Position numbers and translations under genes: made by a program. 64,000 nucleotides of DNA from an uncultured delta proteobacterium (GTDB lineage: Bacteria > Myxococcota_A > UBA9160 > UBA4427): NCBI GenBank assembly GCA_963822965.1, contig CAWGJT010000010.1, positions 256,001 to 320,000 on the forward strand, in the 5' to 3' direction. Below the pieces are notes generated by a model, which was given only the letters and a program-made list of their open reading frames with translations, was not told the origin of the DNA and ran no database searches. Shown piece after piece: positions 1-9,148 of this stretch (positions within the stretch are counted from its first letter, which is position 1; each line of letters begins with the position of its first letter).

Positions 1-2
1 AG

Positions 3-419
3 CGGAGCGAGCACGAGCTGGCGGCGGCGCGCGAGCGCGCGCGCCGGGCGGAGAGCCAGCGGGCGGAGGCGGAGGCGGTCGCCGAGGCGGCCCGGACCGC
101 CGGGCCGCCGCCGGTCGACGAGAGCATCGCCGCCGAGCTCGCGCGCCTGAGCGCTCGCGCCGAGGCCGCCGAGACGGGGGTTGCGGAGCGCGCTGCCGCG
201 CTCGAAGAGGCCCGGGCGGAGGTCGAACGCCTGAAGGCGAAGGTCCGCACCCAGGAGACCCTCTACACGTCGATCCGCAGCGAGCTGTCGCTCAAGAAGG
301 ACCAGATCCGACAGCAGCGAGAAGAGCTCGAGCGACTGCGCGCCTTCCGGGTGGCCCTGGTGGACGAGTCGCCGGCGGACTCCGCCGAGCAGACGGACGC
401 CGAAGTCCCCTCGTCCTGA
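3..419 (+). CDS. 3' end of a coiled-coil protein (truncated by window edge)
   Basis: Open frame from base 3 to TGA at 417-419; E/A/R-rich heptad-like sequence (RAEVERLKAKVRTQETLY...KKDQIRQQREELERLR). Confidence 0.6.
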   Translation, partial: RSEHELAAARERARRAESQRAEAEAVAEAARTAGPPPVDESIAAELARLSARAEAAETGVAERAAALEEARAEVERLKAKVRTQETLYTSIRSELSLKKDQIRQQREELERLRAFRVALVDESPADSAEQTDAEVPSS

Positions 420-425
420 GGATCC

Positions 426-1582
426 TCAACCTCCCGCTTTCACCTCGGCCCACGCCCAGTCGAGCCAGGGCAGCAGCGCCTCCACGTCGGCGGTCTCGAC
501 GGTGGCGCCCCCCAGATGCGGAGGCCGGGCGGTGCGTCCCGGTACGAGCCGATGTCGTAGGCCACCCCCTCGGTCTCGAGCTTCGTGGCGATCGCCTTGG
601 CGAGGGCGGGCTGACGATCCGCCGGCTGCGCGAGGAACCACGGGTCCGACACCACCAGACAGATCGAGGTGCACGAGCGCGTTCGCGGCTCGCGCGCCAG
701 GAAGTCGACCCACGGCGTCTCGGCCACCCAGCGCGAGATGACGCCGAGGTTCTCCTCGGAGCGCTTCTGCATCGTGGCCCGGCCCCCGATCGACTCGGCC
801 CACTGCAGGGCGTCCACCGCGTCTTCGACGCACAGCATCGACGGCGTGTTGATGGTGGAGGCCTGGAAGATGCTCTCCAGGAGCTTGCCGCCCTTGGTCA
901 GACGGAAGAGCTTCGGCAGCGGCCACGGCGGCGTGTGGGTCTCGAGTCGCTCCACGGCGCGAGGCGACAGGGCGATCATGCCGTGGGCGGCCTCGCCCCC
1001 GAGCACCTTCTGCCACGACCAGGTCACCACGTCGAGCTTCGACCACGGCAGATCCATGGCGAAGACCGCCGAGGTGGCGTCGCAGATCGTGAGCCCGGCG
1101 CGATCCGCGGCGATCCACTCGCCGTCGGGAACCCGCACGCCGGACGTGGTGCCGTTCCAGGTGAAGACGACGTCGCGCGCCGGGTCGACCCGGGAGAGAT
1201 CCGGCAGCGCCCCGTAGTCGGCCACGAGCTTCTCGGCGTCCTCCACCTTCAGCTGGCTCAGCACGTCCGACACCCAGCCCAGCCCGAAGCTCTCCCACGC
1301 CAGCACCTGCACGCCGCGAGCGCCGAGGAGCGACCAGAGGGCCATCTCCAGGGCGCCCGTGTCCGAGCCGGGCACGAGCCCCAGGCGGTAGTCGTCGGGC
1401 AGGTCGAGGATGCGGCGCGAGGCGTCGGCCACCTCCTGGATGCGCGCCACGGCCTTCTTCGTGCGGTGGGAGCGTCCCACCAGGGCGCCCGCGAGGGCTT
1501 CCGGGGTCCAGCCCGGGCGCTTGGCACACGGGCCCGAGGAGAAGTGCGGGCGGGCGGGGCGTCGGGCGGGCTTGGGAGGCAT
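426..1582 (-). CDS. serC: Phosphoserine aminotransferase, with a 1-nt frameshift near 508-513
   Basis: [50 protein letters not shown] motif; the C-terminus [19 protein letters not shown] lies in the adjacent frame after a G-run. Confidence 0.9.
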
Positions 1583-1679
1583 GGCGTGCGCTTGGCTCCG
1601 TGCGGATGCAGCGAGGAAGGCGGTCGATTCGCCGGTCGAAATCGGGCGGCGAGTCTATCGCCCCGCCCGGCTCGGGGCC

Positions 1680-2144
1680 ATGAAGCCGCCGTTTCGCGTT
1701 GCCCGGGCGCGCGTGCGGGGTACTCTCGGCCTTCGAATGTGGGCAGGCTCGAGGGACGAGGGGCGCCGCACCGGATCGTCGAGAGGGGCTCCGGCGGAGG
1801 CGGTCGCGGTGCGCGCCGCCGCTGCGGTGCTCGTCGCCTGCGCGCTCGGGCTCGTGGCCTGCCAGGCGCCCATGCAGCGGATTCCCCTGCATCTGGAGCC
1901 CGGGGGTGCCCGGGTGTTCGTCGACGGGAGGGAGGTTCCCGGCACCCCGGAGGCGCTCGACCTTCGCGCCGACCGTCCCCACGTGGTGCACGTGCAGCGC
2001 GACGGCTATCGCGCCGAGCAGGTGGTGCTCGAGGCGCACGAGGGGGAGGCCGGGCCGCACCTCGAGCCCACCGAGATTCGCCTGCACCTCGCACCGGTGG
2101 TCCCCACCGAGCGGGAGATCCGCATCGAGGGTGAGGACTCCTGA
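1680..2144 (+). CDS. PEGA-domain lipoprotein (start uncertain)
   Basis: Lipobox-like LVAC followed by EPGGARVFVDG...HVVHVQRDGY PEGA-like pattern. Confidence 0.65.
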   Translation: MKPPFRVARARVRGTLGLRMWAGSRDEGRRTGSSRGAPAEAVAVRAAAAVLVACALGLVACQAPMQRIPLHLEPGGARVFVDGREVPGTPEALDLRADRPHVVHVQRDGYRAEQVVLEAHEGEAGPHLEPTEIRLHLAPVVPTEREIRIEGEDS

Positions 2145-2200
2145 GGCCTTCCGTTTCGTCCCCGGTCGCCAGCGCCTTCCTCGAGACGAACGACTCCAGG

Positions 2201-4132
2201 ATGAGCGACATGCCCCAGCAGATCACCCGTCGACTCCGCCGCCGGGTGCTTGCCGCCCTGGCGGTGCTCTTGCTCACCCCGGTGGGATGCGCCGCGCCCA
2301 TCGGCGTGCGGCGGGCCGACCCCGAGAAGGTGCAGCGGGCGCTCGCCGCCAACGTGCTGACCAGCGGACACCTGAGCCAGGCGACACGCAACCGGCTGCG
2401 CGAGGTCGGCCTGCTCGAGGTCTACGAGCGCGAGCCGGAGCTCGCTCTGGCGACCGCCCACGAGCTGCTGGTGCAGCAGTACGAGTACGGCGAGCAGCGC
2501 CTCGGCACCCCGGCCCTGGTGGCGCTGGCCGAGGCCAACTTCCACCATGCGCTGCGATCGGGGGACCAGCGCTATGCGGTCGCCGCGGCGATCTACGCCT
2601 GGGCCGGTCTGTTCCGGAAGGATGCGAACCTCGACCCCCTGGATTCGGACACCCGCCTGGCGGCGGACCTCTACAACCGGGGGCTCACGTTCGCGCTGCT
2701 GGCGGGCCGCCGGGACGACCAGATCGTGGTGCGGGCCGGCGAGGTCGCGCTGCCGTTCGGAAAGCTCCACATCGCCTTCGACGAATCACAGCTCCACTGG
2801 GCGGGCCGCACCTTCGAGCGGTTCCGCAGCGCCGCGGACTTGACGATCCGGGGGCTCAACAACCTCTACCAGATGCGGGGGCTCGGTGCAGCGCTGGCGG
2901 CATCCCCGAGCCCGCGACCGGAAGGCGCCCAGCGCGTCGATCTGATCGCGGACGACATCCAGGTGCCCGTCTCGGTGCTGGTCGTGTTCGACGACCTCGG
3001 GCGCGACGTGCCCACCCGGACGATCCACGCGCACGCGGAGATCCACAGCCTCTCGGACGGAGACCGGGCCGAGGTCGCCGGCCGTCAGGTCCCGCTGGAG
3101 TTCGCACCCACTGCGGCCCTCGCCCTGATGCTCGCCGAGACGCAGCCGTGGAAGGGCGAGATCAAGGCCCTCTTCCAGGGCGATCTCGCGCGCTCGACCG
3201 AGGGCCTGATCGCCCTCGGCCCCCACCAGCCGGGTCGGATCCCCGTGGTGCTCGTGCACGGCACCGCCTCCAGCGTCACCACCTGGGCGAACATGCTGAA
3301 CGACCTCATGTCGAAGCCCGACATCCAGGGGAGCTACGAGTTCTATCTGTTCAGCTACAACACGGGCGCGCCCATCGCCTACTCGGCCTGGCTGCTCCGG
3401 CAGGCGATCCAGCAGATGGAGCAGGTGCTCGATCCCGAGGGTGGTGACCCCGCCATGCGCCGGATGGTCGTGATCGGGCACAGCCAGGGGGGCCTGCTCA
3501 CGAAGCTGATGGCGGTGGACTCGGGAGATCGCTTCTGGAAGACGGTGTCGGACGTCCCGTTCGACCAGGTGAAGATCAAGGGAGAGGCCCGGCGGCTGGT
3601 TCAGGGGTCGCTCTTCGTCGAGCCGTCTCCCTACGTCGAGCGCGTGATCTTCATCGCGACTCCGCACCGCGGGAGCTACCTGATGAACTACGGTCCGGCT
3701 CGCCTGCTCAAGCGCTTCGTGCGGGCGCCGGCGAACGTCGTGAACGCAACCCGCGCCCTGGTGGCCGCCAGCCCCGAGGCGTCCGCGGTCGCGCGCATCG
3801 ACGACGTCCAGGGGGCGCTGGGGAACATGAGCCCGACGAGCCCATTCCTCGCGGACCTCGTCTCCCTGCCCGTGGCGCCGCCGATCCGCGCCAACTCGAT
3901 CATCGCGATGCGCAACGTCGAGGACCCGAAGGGCGAGGCCAGCGACGGCGTGGTCCAGTACGAGAGCGCGCACCTCGACGGCGTCGAATCCGAGGCGGTG
4001 GTGGAGTCGGGGCACTCGTGCCTGGCGAATCCCATGGTGATCGGCGAGGTCACCCGCATCTTGCGGATGCATCGCGAGACGGGACCGCGGAGCGCGGCCC
4101 GAGCCGCCGTGCACGAGCTGATGGGGAACTGA
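2201..4132 (+). CDS. Alpha/beta-hydrolase (esterase/lipase) lipoprotein
   Basis: Signal peptide ending PVGC; PVVLVHG, GHSQGG nucleophile elbow, IATPHRGS, SDGVV and GHS catalytic motifs. Confidence 0.8.
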   Translation: MSDMPQQITRRLRRRVLAALAVLLLTPVGCAAPIGVRRADPEKVQRALAANVLTSGHLSQATRNRLREVGLLEVYEREPELALATAHELLVQQYEYGEQRLGTPALVALAEANFHHALRSGDQRYAVAAAIYAWAGLFRKDANLDPLDSDTRLAADLYNRGLTFALLAGRRDDQIVVRAGEVALPFGKLHIAFDESQLHWAGRTFERFRSAADLTIRGLNNLYQMRGLGAALAASPSPRPEGAQRVDLIADDIQVPVSVLVVFDDLGRDVPTRTIHAHAEIHSLSDGDRAEVAGRQVPLEFAPTAALALMLAETQPWKGEIKALFQGDLARSTEGLIALGPHQPGRIPVVLVHGTASSVTTWANMLNDLMSKPDIQGSYEFYLFSYNTGAPIAYSAWLLRQAIQQMEQVLDPEGGDPAMRRMVVIGHSQGGLLTKLMAVDSGDRFWKTVSDVPFDQVKIKGEARRLVQGSLFVEPSPYVERVIFIATPHRGSYLMNYGPARLLKRFVRAPANVVNATRALVAASPEASAVARIDDVQGALGNMSPTSPFLADLVSLPVAPPIRANSIIAMRNVEDPKGEASDGVVQYESAHLDGVESEAVVESGHSCLANPMVIGEVTRILRMHRETGPRSAARAAVHELMGN

Positions 4133-4135
4133 CAG

Positions 4136-4741
4136 CTACTCGCTGGCCGGGGGCATGCCGCCGGCGCCGCGCGCGGCCCCGGCGCTCGCCGCCTCGCCGC
4201 CCGTCGCCTCACCGCTCGCCGCCTCACCGCTCGCCGCCTCACCGCTCGCCGCCTCACCGCTCGCCGCCTCACCATAGTAGGGTGCCAGCTGGTCCAGGAT
4301 CTCGTTGGCCCGTCCGACCTCGTCGAGGGTGGGCTTCTGGAGGAACATCTTGCGGCCCTCCTCGCGCGCATCCCGCACGAGGGTCATCAGCCGGCGATAG
4401 GTGGAAGCGGTTTCCTCTCGCGTGCCGCCGTCGGCCAGGCGCTTGGCGAGAGCCTTCGACTGGTTTCGCGCCACGCGCAGGTTGTCCTTCAAGCGCAGAT
4501 AGGCGTTCGCCTGCCCCGAGCCCACAGTCGAGCCGGGCTTCTCCTTGTTCACCGAGCTGTAGATCGAGGCCGCCGAGTCCGCGAGCTGTTGGGCCAGGGC
4601 GGCCACCTTCGGCTGGTCCCAGGCGGTCGCCGCAGGGGCTGCCTGCGCCTCGGCTTCGGGCGCCGCGAGGGGAAGGCCCAGAGACGCGACGAGCAGGACC
4701 GCGGAGCCGACGTGCCTAACGAGGAGGGGTCTCCAGTTCAT
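4136..4741 (-). CDS. Secreted helical hypothetical protein with C-terminal GEAAS repeats
   Basis: AAGGAG RBS before ATG 4741; signal peptide ending AEA-Q. Confidence 0.65.
   Translation of the reverse strand: MNWRPLLVRHVGSAVLLVASLGLPLAAPEAEAQAAPAATAWDQPKVAALAQQLADSAASIYSSVNKEKPGSTVGSGQANAYLRLKDNLRVARNQSKALAKRLADGGTREETASTYRRLMTLVRDAREEGRKMFLQKPTLDEVGRANEILDQLAPYYGEAASGEAASGEAASGEAASGEATGGEAASAGAARGAGGMPPASE
4183..4273. repeat. 15-bp tandem repeat (about 6 copies) encoding GEAAS/GEATG
   Basis: cgctcgccgcctcac units read directly. Confidence 0.9.
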
Positions 4742-4942
4742 CGCCGTCCTTCTCCTTGGAGTGCCGTGGGTCGAAGCAGCATACCCGGATTCCCGAGCGG
4801 AAGACCAGGGGAATCGGGCCCGAAGGCCGAGTGCCTGCCTGTGCACCGAGCCGCCACTTGTTAGACTGCGAAGCCCGCGGCTACGGCTCGATCTCGCGGG
4901 CCCGGCACGCGGGGCGGAAGGCAGGGCCGGAGGAGGGGAGCC

Positions 4943-5395
4943 ATGAGGCGCCTGGGGGTGGGCCGCGCGTCCATCGTGTTCGCGATGCTCACGGTGTCGG
5001 GCCTGGCGCTGGCTGCCGGAGGCTGTGGCGAAGAACCTTCGCCCGCCGCCTCCGTCGTGCGTCCCGTCGAGATCTTCGAGGTCGGCGACCCGAACGCCGG
5101 GACGGCGCGGGAATTTCCCGGCGAGATCTCGGCCGCGCAGAACGCGGACGTCGCCTTCGAGGTCCCGGGCGAGCTCGTGGAGTTTCCGGTCAAGGAGAGC
5201 GAGCACGTCGAGGTCGGACAGGTGCTCGCCAAGCTCGACCCGCGCGACTACCGGGCGGAGCTCGAGGCCGCCGCTGCGCGGACCGCTTCGTCGAAGGCCG
5301 ATCTCTCGCGCTACCTGGTGGTGGCGCCGGTGCTCTTCTTCGTCTTCCACCGGGGCGAGACCGCGCCGACGGGAGCCGTGCCGGCGGAGGACTGA
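4943..5395 (+). pseudogene. Truncated RND periplasmic adaptor (MFP) N-terminus fused to a probable RND-permease C-terminal helix
   Basis: Lipoprotein signal, VRPVEI, DVAFEVPGELVEFPVKESEHVEVGQVLAKLDPRDY lipoyl/hairpin start, then an abrupt switch to LVVAPVLFFVFHR; only 150 aa. Confidence 0.7.
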
Positions 5396-6075
5396 TGGCG
5401 CTCTCGTTCCTCGATCGCCACCGCCACGCGCAGCTCCTGGCGGTGTTGGGGACGCTCCTCGTCGGCAAGCCCTTCCTCGATGGCTCCGTCGGGGACGTGC
5501 TCTCGGACATCCTCCTGGTCGCGGCGATGGCGTCCGCCGTGATCGGCTGCTCGACCCGGCATCGCGAGCGCTTCGTGGGCCTGGGGCTCATGGCGGTCGC
5601 CCAGGGGATGGCCTACTACCGGAGGTACATCGCCCACGCCACGGTGGTCGACACCGGCTACGCGGTGATGTCGATCCTGTTCTTCGGCTACGTGACGGTG
5701 CTGGTGCTTCGGGACGTCTTCCGGCAGAGCCGGTCGGCCAGCGCCGATACGATCTGCGGCGCGCTCACCGTCTACCTCATGCTCGGCGTGCTGTGGGCCT
5801 TCGGGTACGCATTGCTGGAGGAGCTCGTGCCGGGCTCGATCCTGGGCCTGCGGACCGCCAACCCCCGGGACTTCTACCAGTACCTCGGCTACAGCATGGT
5901 CACGCTCACCACCCTGGGCTACGGGAACATCGTACCGGGCAACGCCCGGGCGGACGCGCTGGCGACCGCCGAGGCCATCGTCGGCCAGGTCTACCTGACG
6001 GTGCTGGTCGCCCGGCTGGTCGCCCTGAACCTCGCCGAAACGCGCGACCGGCGCCGGGATCAGAACCGCACGTAG
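5395..6075 (+). CDS. Potassium channel-like membrane protein (Ion_trans_2)
   Basis: Several TM helices; YSMVTLTTLGYGNIVP selectivity-filter motif; TGATG coupling to upstream ORF. Confidence 0.85.
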   Translation: MALSFLDRHRHAQLLAVLGTLLVGKPFLDGSVGDVLSDILLVAAMASAVIGCSTRHRERFVGLGLMAVAQGMAYYRRYIAHATVVDTGYAVMSILFFGYVTVLVLRDVFRQSRSASADTICGALTVYLMLGVLWAFGYALLEELVPGSILGLRTANPRDFYQYLGYSMVTLTTLGYGNIVPGNARADALATAEAIVGQVYLTVLVARLVALNLAETRDRRRDQNRT

Positions 6076-6830
6076 CCGCCGTCGACGGTCAGCGTGTCGC
6101 CCGTGTGGAAGCGCGATGCCTCCGAGGCCAGGTAGACGGCCACGCCCTCGAGGTCCTCGGGCTTGCCGAAGCGGTGCGCGGGCGTGCGGTGCACGATCGT
6201 GTCGACCATCTTCTTGTAGCCCAGCACCGGCGCCATGGGCGGGGTCTCGATCCAGCCCGGCAGGATGCAGTTGGCCTGGATGTCGTGACGGCCCAGTTCG
6301 ACGGCGACGGAGCGCACCAGCGCGTTGAGACCGCCCTTCGTGGCCGCGTAGGCCTCCTGGCGCGGCATGCCGTGCATCGAGCCGATGGACGACGTCGCGA
6401 CGAGCTTGCCGCCCCCGCCGCGCTCGACCATGTGTCTCGCCACCTCGCGGAAGGTCAGGAAGACGCCGGTGAGGTTCACGCGGATCACCCGGTTCCAGTC
6501 GTCCAGCGTCGTCTCGAGGAAGGGTCGCGCCAGGCCGAAGCCGGCGTTCGCGAAGCACGAGTCGATGCGGCCGAACCGCTCCAAGGTCTCCGCGGTCGAT
6601 CGGATCACGTCCTCTTCGCTCGAGACGTCGCAGTGCGACGCGTGCGCCTCCGTGCCCAACGCCGCCAGCTCCTCTGTGGCGGATTGGTTCCGGGCCTCGT
6701 CCCGGGCCCAGACCGAGATCTTCGCGCCGGCCTTCGCGAGTCCCCGCGCGAGGCCCAGACCGATTCCCGAGTTTCCGCCCGTCACCACGGCAACGTGGCC
6801 CGTCAGGTCGAACATCGTCATTCCCGGCAT
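6060..6830 (-). CDS. SDR family oxidoreductase
   Basis: TGGNSGIG, ANAG, YAATK motifs. Confidence 0.9.
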   Translation of the reverse strand: MPGMTMFDLTGHVAVVTGGNSGIGLGLARGLAKAGAKISVWARDEARNQSATEELAALGTEAHASHCDVSSEEDVIRSTAETLERFGRIDSCFANAGFGLARPFLETTLDDWNRVIRVNLTGVFLTFREVARHMVERGGGGKLVATSSIGSMHGMPRQEAYAATKGGLNALVRSVAVELGRHDIQANCILPGWIETPPMAPVLGYKKMVDTIVHRTPAHRFGKPEDLEGVAVYLASEASRFHTGDTLTVDGGYVRF

Positions 6831-6939
6831 CCTCCGATTTCGAAACGTCTCGCGGTGCCGTTTGGATAGGCTCGTCCGGCGCGCCGCGCAACTCGCTTGG
6901 CACGGTTCTCGCTAGACTGCCCCGCGAAAGGAGATCGCC

Positions 6940-7890
6940 GTGACGGACTCGTCGCCCGACCTGTTGGCGGTTCGAAGCTACCTCGAGGATCTGCAGGATC
7001 GGATCTGCGACGCCCTGGAGCGTGAGGACGGCAGTGCCCGCTTCGACCGCCGCGAGATCGAGCGCGAGGGAGGGGGCCTCTCCCGGCCCCGGGTGATCTC
7101 GGGCGGCCCCGTCATCGAGAGCGCCGCGGTCCAGTACAGCCATACGGTGGGCAAGCGCCTGCCGCCCGCCGCCACCGAGCGGCGGCCCGAGCTCACCGGC
7201 GGGTCCTACGAGGCCATGTCGGTCTCGCTCATCGTGCACCCGCGCAATCCCTACGTGCCCACCTGCCATGCCAACTTCCGGATCTTCTTCGCGCGCCCCC
7301 AGGCGGGCGGCGACCCGGTCTGGTGGTTCGGCGGCGGCTTCGACCTCACGCCCTACTACGGCTTCGAGGAGGACGTGGTCCACTGGCACCGCACGGCGCG
7401 CGCGGCGTGTGATCCCTTCGGAAAGAGCCTCTACCCCGCCATGAAGAAGGCCTGCGACGAGTACTTCTACCTGCCCCATCGCAACGAGCCGCGCGGGGTC
7501 GGCGGAATCTTCTTCGACGATCTCGACTCCGTACCCGGCGCGGACGGACGCGGGGACGCGTCCTTCGAGACCTGCTTCGCCTTCGTTCGCAGCGTGGGGG
7601 ACGCGTTTCTCGCCGCCTACCTGCCCATCCTCGAGCGGCGCAAGCACGAGGCCTGGGGCGAGCGCGAGCGCGACTTCCAGCTCTATCGCCGCGGGCGCTA
7701 CGTCGAGTACAACCTGATCTACGACCGGGGGACGCGCTTCGGGCTCCAGGTGGCGGGCCGTGCGGAGTCGATCCTCGCGTCGATGCCGCCGGTCGTACAC
7801 TGGCGCTACGACTGGCATCCCGAGCCGGGCACGCCCGAGGCCCGCCTCTACGACGAGTTCCTGCGGCCCCGGGACTGGCTCGGCGAGTAG
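6940..7890 (+). CDS. hemF: Oxygen-dependent coproporphyrinogen III oxidase
   Basis: [52 protein letters not shown]. Confidence 0.95.
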   Translation: MTDSSPDLLAVRSYLEDLQDRICDALEREDGSARFDRREIEREGGGLSRPRVISGGPVIESAAVQYSHTVGKRLPPAATERRPELTGGSYEAMSVSLIVHPRNPYVPTCHANFRIFFARPQAGGDPVWWFGGGFDLTPYYGFEEDVVHWHRTARAACDPFGKSLYPAMKKACDEYFYLPHRNEPRGVGGIFFDDLDSVPGADGRGDASFETCFAFVRSVGDAFLAAYLPILERRKHEAWGERERDFQLYRRGRYVEYNLIYDRGTRFGLQVAGRAESILASMPPVVHWRYDWHPEPGTPEARLYDEFLRPRDWLGE

Positions 7891-8042
7891 GAGAGCTCGG
7901 GACTCGCATGGCCCGAATCGGACCACACGGTCCTGCGCCGGGCCGGCCCGCGCGCGGCTTTCGGGCCCACGAGAGGAGTGATAGCCTCGCGGGCCCTCCG
8001 TTCGGAGGGTGCGCCTCGAGCCCGGAGCCCGTCGTCGATCCC

Positions 8043-9101
8043 ATGAGCCAGCCGGACCACACCCTCGCCACCGAGGGGCCCTACCACTCGCTGACGGTCG
8101 TCGAGGTCATCCGCGAGACCGACGACTCGTGCTCGCTGGTGCTCGAGGTGCCCCCGGACCTGGCCGAGATGTTCCACTACCGGGCGGGGCAGTTCCTCAC
8201 GTTCCGGGTGGCCGTCGACGGGAAGCGCCTCGTGCGCTGCTACTCCCTGGCGAGCTCGCCGGACACGGACCCGGTGCACAAGGTCACCGTCAAGCGTGTC
8301 GCCACCGGGCGCGTCTCCAACCACCTGAACGACCTCGTCGCCGCGGGGACGACGCTCGAGGTGATGAAGCCGGCCGGCGTCTTCTGCCTGGCGGAGCGCC
8401 CCGAAGCGGACCGGCCGCTCGTCCTGTTCGGCGCCGGCAGCGGCATCACGCCGATCATCTCCGTCGTCAAGACGGCCCTGGCGACCACGAGCCGGCCCGT
8501 GCGCCTGCTCTACGCGAACCGCGACGCCCGTTCGATCATCTTCGAGGACGAGCTGCGGGCGCTCGAGCGGGCCCATCCGGAGCGCTTCGCGGTGGAGCAC
8601 AGCCTCGACGACCGGGAGGGCTTCGTCGACGTCGAGCGGGCCCGGCGCTTCGTGGCCGGCCAGACGGCGGCCGACTTCTACATCTGCGGTCCCGGGCCCT
8701 TCATGGACGTCGCCGAGGCGGCGCTGGCCGAGCTCGGGGTGCCCGGGGAGCAGATCTTCATCGAGCGGTTCGAGCATCCCGACACCGAGCCGCTCGGTGC
8801 GGCCACCACGCGAGGCGCCGCCGGGAGCGTCACGGTCACCGTCATCCTGGACGGGAAGCGGAGCGAGATCACCGTGGGGCCCGAGGAGACGATCCTGCAG
8901 GCGGCGAGGCGGGCGGGTCTGGAGCCGCCCTTCGCGTGCGAGGAGGCCTACTGCGGCTGCTGCATGGCGATGGTCAAGGAAGGCACCGTCGAGATGAAGA
9001 TGAACGACGGCGGCATCGACGCGGGGCAGATCGCGCAGGGCTGGGTGCTCACCTGCCAGGGCGTGCCCAAAGGGCCCGTCACCGTCGAGTACCCGGACTA
9101 G
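8043..9101 (+). CDS. FAD/NAD-binding reductase with C-terminal 2Fe-2S domain (KshB/PaaE-like oxygenase reductase)
   Basis: RCYSLAS, GAGSGITP, YICGPGPFM, CEEAYCGCC...LTCQ. Confidence 0.85.
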   Translation: MSQPDHTLATEGPYHSLTVVEVIRETDDSCSLVLEVPPDLAEMFHYRAGQFLTFRVAVDGKRLVRCYSLASSPDTDPVHKVTVKRVATGRVSNHLNDLVAAGTTLEVMKPAGVFCLAERPEADRPLVLFGAGSGITPIISVVKTALATTSRPVRLLYANRDARSIIFEDELRALERAHPERFAVEHSLDDREGFVDVERARRFVAGQTAADFYICGPGPFMDVAEAALAELGVPGEQIFIERFEHPDTEPLGAATTRGAAGSVTVTVILDGKRSEITVGPEETILQAARRAGLEPPFACEEAYCGCCMAMVKEGTVEMKMNDGGIDAGQIAQGWVLTCQGVPKGPVTVEYPD

Positions 9102-9148
9102 CGCGCTGACGCACTGGGGCCAGCCGCCCGACGCGAGGGGCGCGCGGC

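Noticed and set aside
506..514. Programmed frameshift in serC
   Set aside because: A single missing base in a G homopolymer on a contig with many similar indels; sequencing error is simpler
4770..4865. Structured leader upstream of the 4741 gene as a riboswitch
   Set aside because: Hairpins are present but I could not match any known riboswitch consensus; an Rfam search would be needed
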